The notes under the pieces: generated by a model
The model's database searches: none
Told to the model about the DNA's origin: nothing
The model's input: the letters and a program-made list of their open reading frames with translations, nothing else
Shown: one piece after another, positions 61,421 to 64,000 of the stretch
How positions within the stretch are numbered: position 1 is the stretch's first letter
Layout: every line of letters begins with the position of its first letter
Program-made: the position numbers and the translations under genes
From: Octopus vulgaris
Lineage: Eukaryota
Reading direction: 5' to 3'
Assembly (NCBI GenBank): GCA_951406725.2
Contig: OX597814.1
Location: 123,194,001-123,258,000 of the forward strand
DNA: 64,000 nt

Positions 61421-61954
61421 CTCTGGGTATGAGTACAAAAACTGCATCCCTCTATCGAGCCATGTCGAACCAGAGTGGCAGAGTAGACCCATCAAACCAG
61501 TACAAACTCAAGCCATTCTCTGATGGAGAGAACATGCTGAGGCCTTTGTCCTTTAGTGGACTGACCATGGACAATTCAATCCAATCCAAATACATTATGA
61601 AAACTGGGTTAAGCTTCAAGTTATTCATGAATCCTAGACCCAAGTTTATTGCTCTATGGATATATTGTGATGATGATATGCAGGTGGTCTGCAAAAAGTT
61701 ATGGGATTGGTTACTAAGTGGCTTTGTGAAGCAGAATGTGATGTCAAAGAAGAATTGTTCTGGTTGTTGGCTTGGACTTATGTGGGTTATGGTGTGGGTT
61801 GATTCGGATATAAAAATAAAAGTGTAACTGTGATGCTATTGTGTTACCTCTTGTGTTATCTGTATTGTTTGAAAATCAGAACATATTGATAAGTTAACGT
61901 CTCCTTTGATAGTATTATTTAGAAACGTCTTTAAATGTTGTAGTTGGAGATATT

Positions 61955-62117
61955 GGTCCATTGCAGGACCATTCATTTTTGCCAGCTGAGTCAACTGGAG
62001 CAATGTGAAATGAAGTGTTTTGCTCAAGAACATAATGTGTCACCCAGTCCAGGAATGGAAACCATGATCTCATAATCATGAGTCCAACACTCTTACCACT
62101 AAGCCATGCATCTCCAC
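61955..62117 (-). mobile_element. SINE family C (H1, start of T1)
   Basis: Homologous to 26630-26781. Confidence 0.75.
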
Positions 62118-62134
62118 TACACACAGACAGCTAC

Positions 62135-62455
62135 ATAGATAGATCGATGGATGGATGCACAGACAGGCGGGCAGACAGACCGACAGGTGGGTAGACTGAC
62201 AGGCAGACAGACAGGCAGACAGACAGACGGGCAAGCAGGCAGATAGATAGACAGACAGACAGGCAGGCAGACAGACAGACAGGTAGGTAGATAGACAGAC
62301 AGACAGATAGACAGATAGATAGACAGGTAGGTAGGTAGGTAGATAGACAGACAGACAGATAGACAGACAGGTAGGCAGGAAAGTAGACAGGCAGACAGGC
62401 AAGTAGATAGACAGACAGATAGACAGATGGGCTGGCAAACAGATAGATAGATAGA
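62135..62455. repeat. (GACA/GATA/GGCA)n compound microsatellite
   Basis: Read directly. Confidence 0.92.
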
Positions 62456-63103
62456 TGCAAATGTATATACTGATTGAGTGAGTTTCTTGCTTCTTTTATG
62501 CTCAGTCAAATTATGATCACCATAACTTATCTATCTGGTTGATACTGAAACTCCACAGACTAGCAAGAAGAAAGCTGTGGGCATGTTTTGGTTTCGTCAA
62601 CATAGCATAATCTCTTCGGGTTGTTTCAATCAATCAACAAAAGATTTTTGAGTTTTAGCCCAAAAGTAATTTGCATAATTAAAAAATTAAGTTAATTAAA
62701 GGAAATTAGTTGTGTGGGCCAAAAGCATGAATTTTGATAAATAAAGAGAAATATATTGAAATGCCACATGGAAAGATTTTTTGATTAATTAAGATGTTCA
62801 TTTAAGCCAAAGGAGGAAGTAAAAAAAACCCTAGCAGTAGTTGGTAAAAGCTGTCAAAGAAAAGGGGAAATGAGAAGATAATTTCTATAACCTAAAATAC
62901 AATATTTTCACCAAATTAATCTATGTTGTATGAAGATCATCTGCTATTTGTTTTCAGGAAAGGAAACAGCAACACTTGTTTTGGCATCCATGTTTCATCT
63001 GTCCTATCCAGCCTCCAAATAGTGATGAAGGTTTTGAGCAATTTGGCAATTTGGCCAGTCTAAGACTAGGAAAAGATTAATTCAATTCTTGTGGTACTGT
63101 TAT

Positions 63104-63695
63104 ATAATAATAATAATAATAATAATAATGAAATTATTGTATACAGTGCTCAGATGCACCACAACTTGTCAAAAATGAGTATAAAGCATATGCAGTAATG
63201 TACAAATGTCTGGAAAGTGAACAGTGTATGAGTCTGATACATGCTTGCGTGTGTATGGAGGGGAGAAAATCAGGTGTAGTGTTGGCTAATCTCAAGAAGC
63301 ATGGAAGTTTTGAAGGATGCAGTGCTCCAACAACTAACAACTGATGCCAGCAGTTTGTTCCATACTTCAGCAACTCTTAGCGTGAAAAAATATTTCCGAA
63401 AGTCATGGGAGCTGTGCTGTTTTTTGACTTTGTAAACATGTCCACGGGTGTTAGACTGGTGGAGTTTGAAAAGGTGCTCAGAGTTATTGTTAGTAGATGG
63501 TTAATAATTTTATGGGTGTCTGCCAAGTCAGCTGCCAGACGTCGGAGTTTCAATGTATCCATGCCCAGGGAAGTAAGGCGTTCAGAATATGGCAAATGCC
63601 TGGTGGAGGGTATTCTCTTGGTTGCACATTGCTGAACAGTTTCCAGACGATTAATATCCTGGGCAAGATAGGGGTTCCAGACCGGTGATGCATTA
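63104..63695 (-). mobile_element. 5'-truncated CR1-clade LINE with (ATT)n tail
   Basis: ASPVWNPYLAQDINRLETVQQCATKRIPSTRHLPYSERLTSLGMDTLKLRRLAADL..RGHVYKV..FRKYFFTLRVAEVWNKL, with a frameshift near 63490. Confidence 0.9.
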
Positions 63696-63975
63696 TTATT
63701 GGCAATATCTTTTTTCTAAGAAGTAGTAATCCTAGTACTTAAATGGTATTTATTTTGGGGCCCAGAAGGATGAAAGACTAAGCTGACCTCACTAGAATAT
63801 GAACTCAAAATGTTAAGAGACAAAGCTAAATACTAAACAACAATGTCTCTGATTCTACCATCCATCTAACAATAATAATTCTCTATATGACCAATCAACT
63901 TGCTAGAAATAGTAACAAAATCTCACTCAAAATCACAATCAATCATTTTAAAATGATAAAATGCACTCTTTATAT

Positions 63976-64000
63976 AGGCGTAGGAGTGGCTGTGTGGTAA
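63976..64000 (+). mobile_element. SINE-A head, cut by the window end
   Basis: AGGCGTAGGAGTGGCTGTGTGGTAA. Confidence 0.8.

Overview
This is AT-rich, repeat-saturated eukaryotic DNA. The SINE/LINE content and microsatellite density suggest a coleoid cephalopod, probably Octopus; that is inference, not a database result. No intact host protein-coding gene, rRNA, tRNA or CRISPR array is supportable, and nearly all long ORFs in the track are translated microsatellites or SINEs. The window contains three groups of tRNA-headed SINEs (here A, B and a modular family C), remnants of R4/Dong-type, RTE, CR1/L2-type and Tx1/L1-type LINEs, Penelope-like pieces with hammerhead-ribozyme cores, mariner and hAT remnants, MITEs, a Helitron-like 5' end and a probable solo LTR. 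The most notable patterns are: (1) R4/Dong-like LINEs stacked strand-specifically in (TAA)n arrays, one of which is the tail of a CR1 element; (2) a second R4-like family apparently tied to (CATA)n; (3) two different MITEs with perfect 8-bp TSDs that both carry telomeric TAACCC cores; (4) SINE-B multimers that restart at one fixed internal position and share a 3' tail with a Tx1-like LINE; (5) combinatorial head/tail shuffling in SINE family C; (6) a short RTE derivative made of only its 5' and 3' ends. Coordinates of degenerate elements are approximate.
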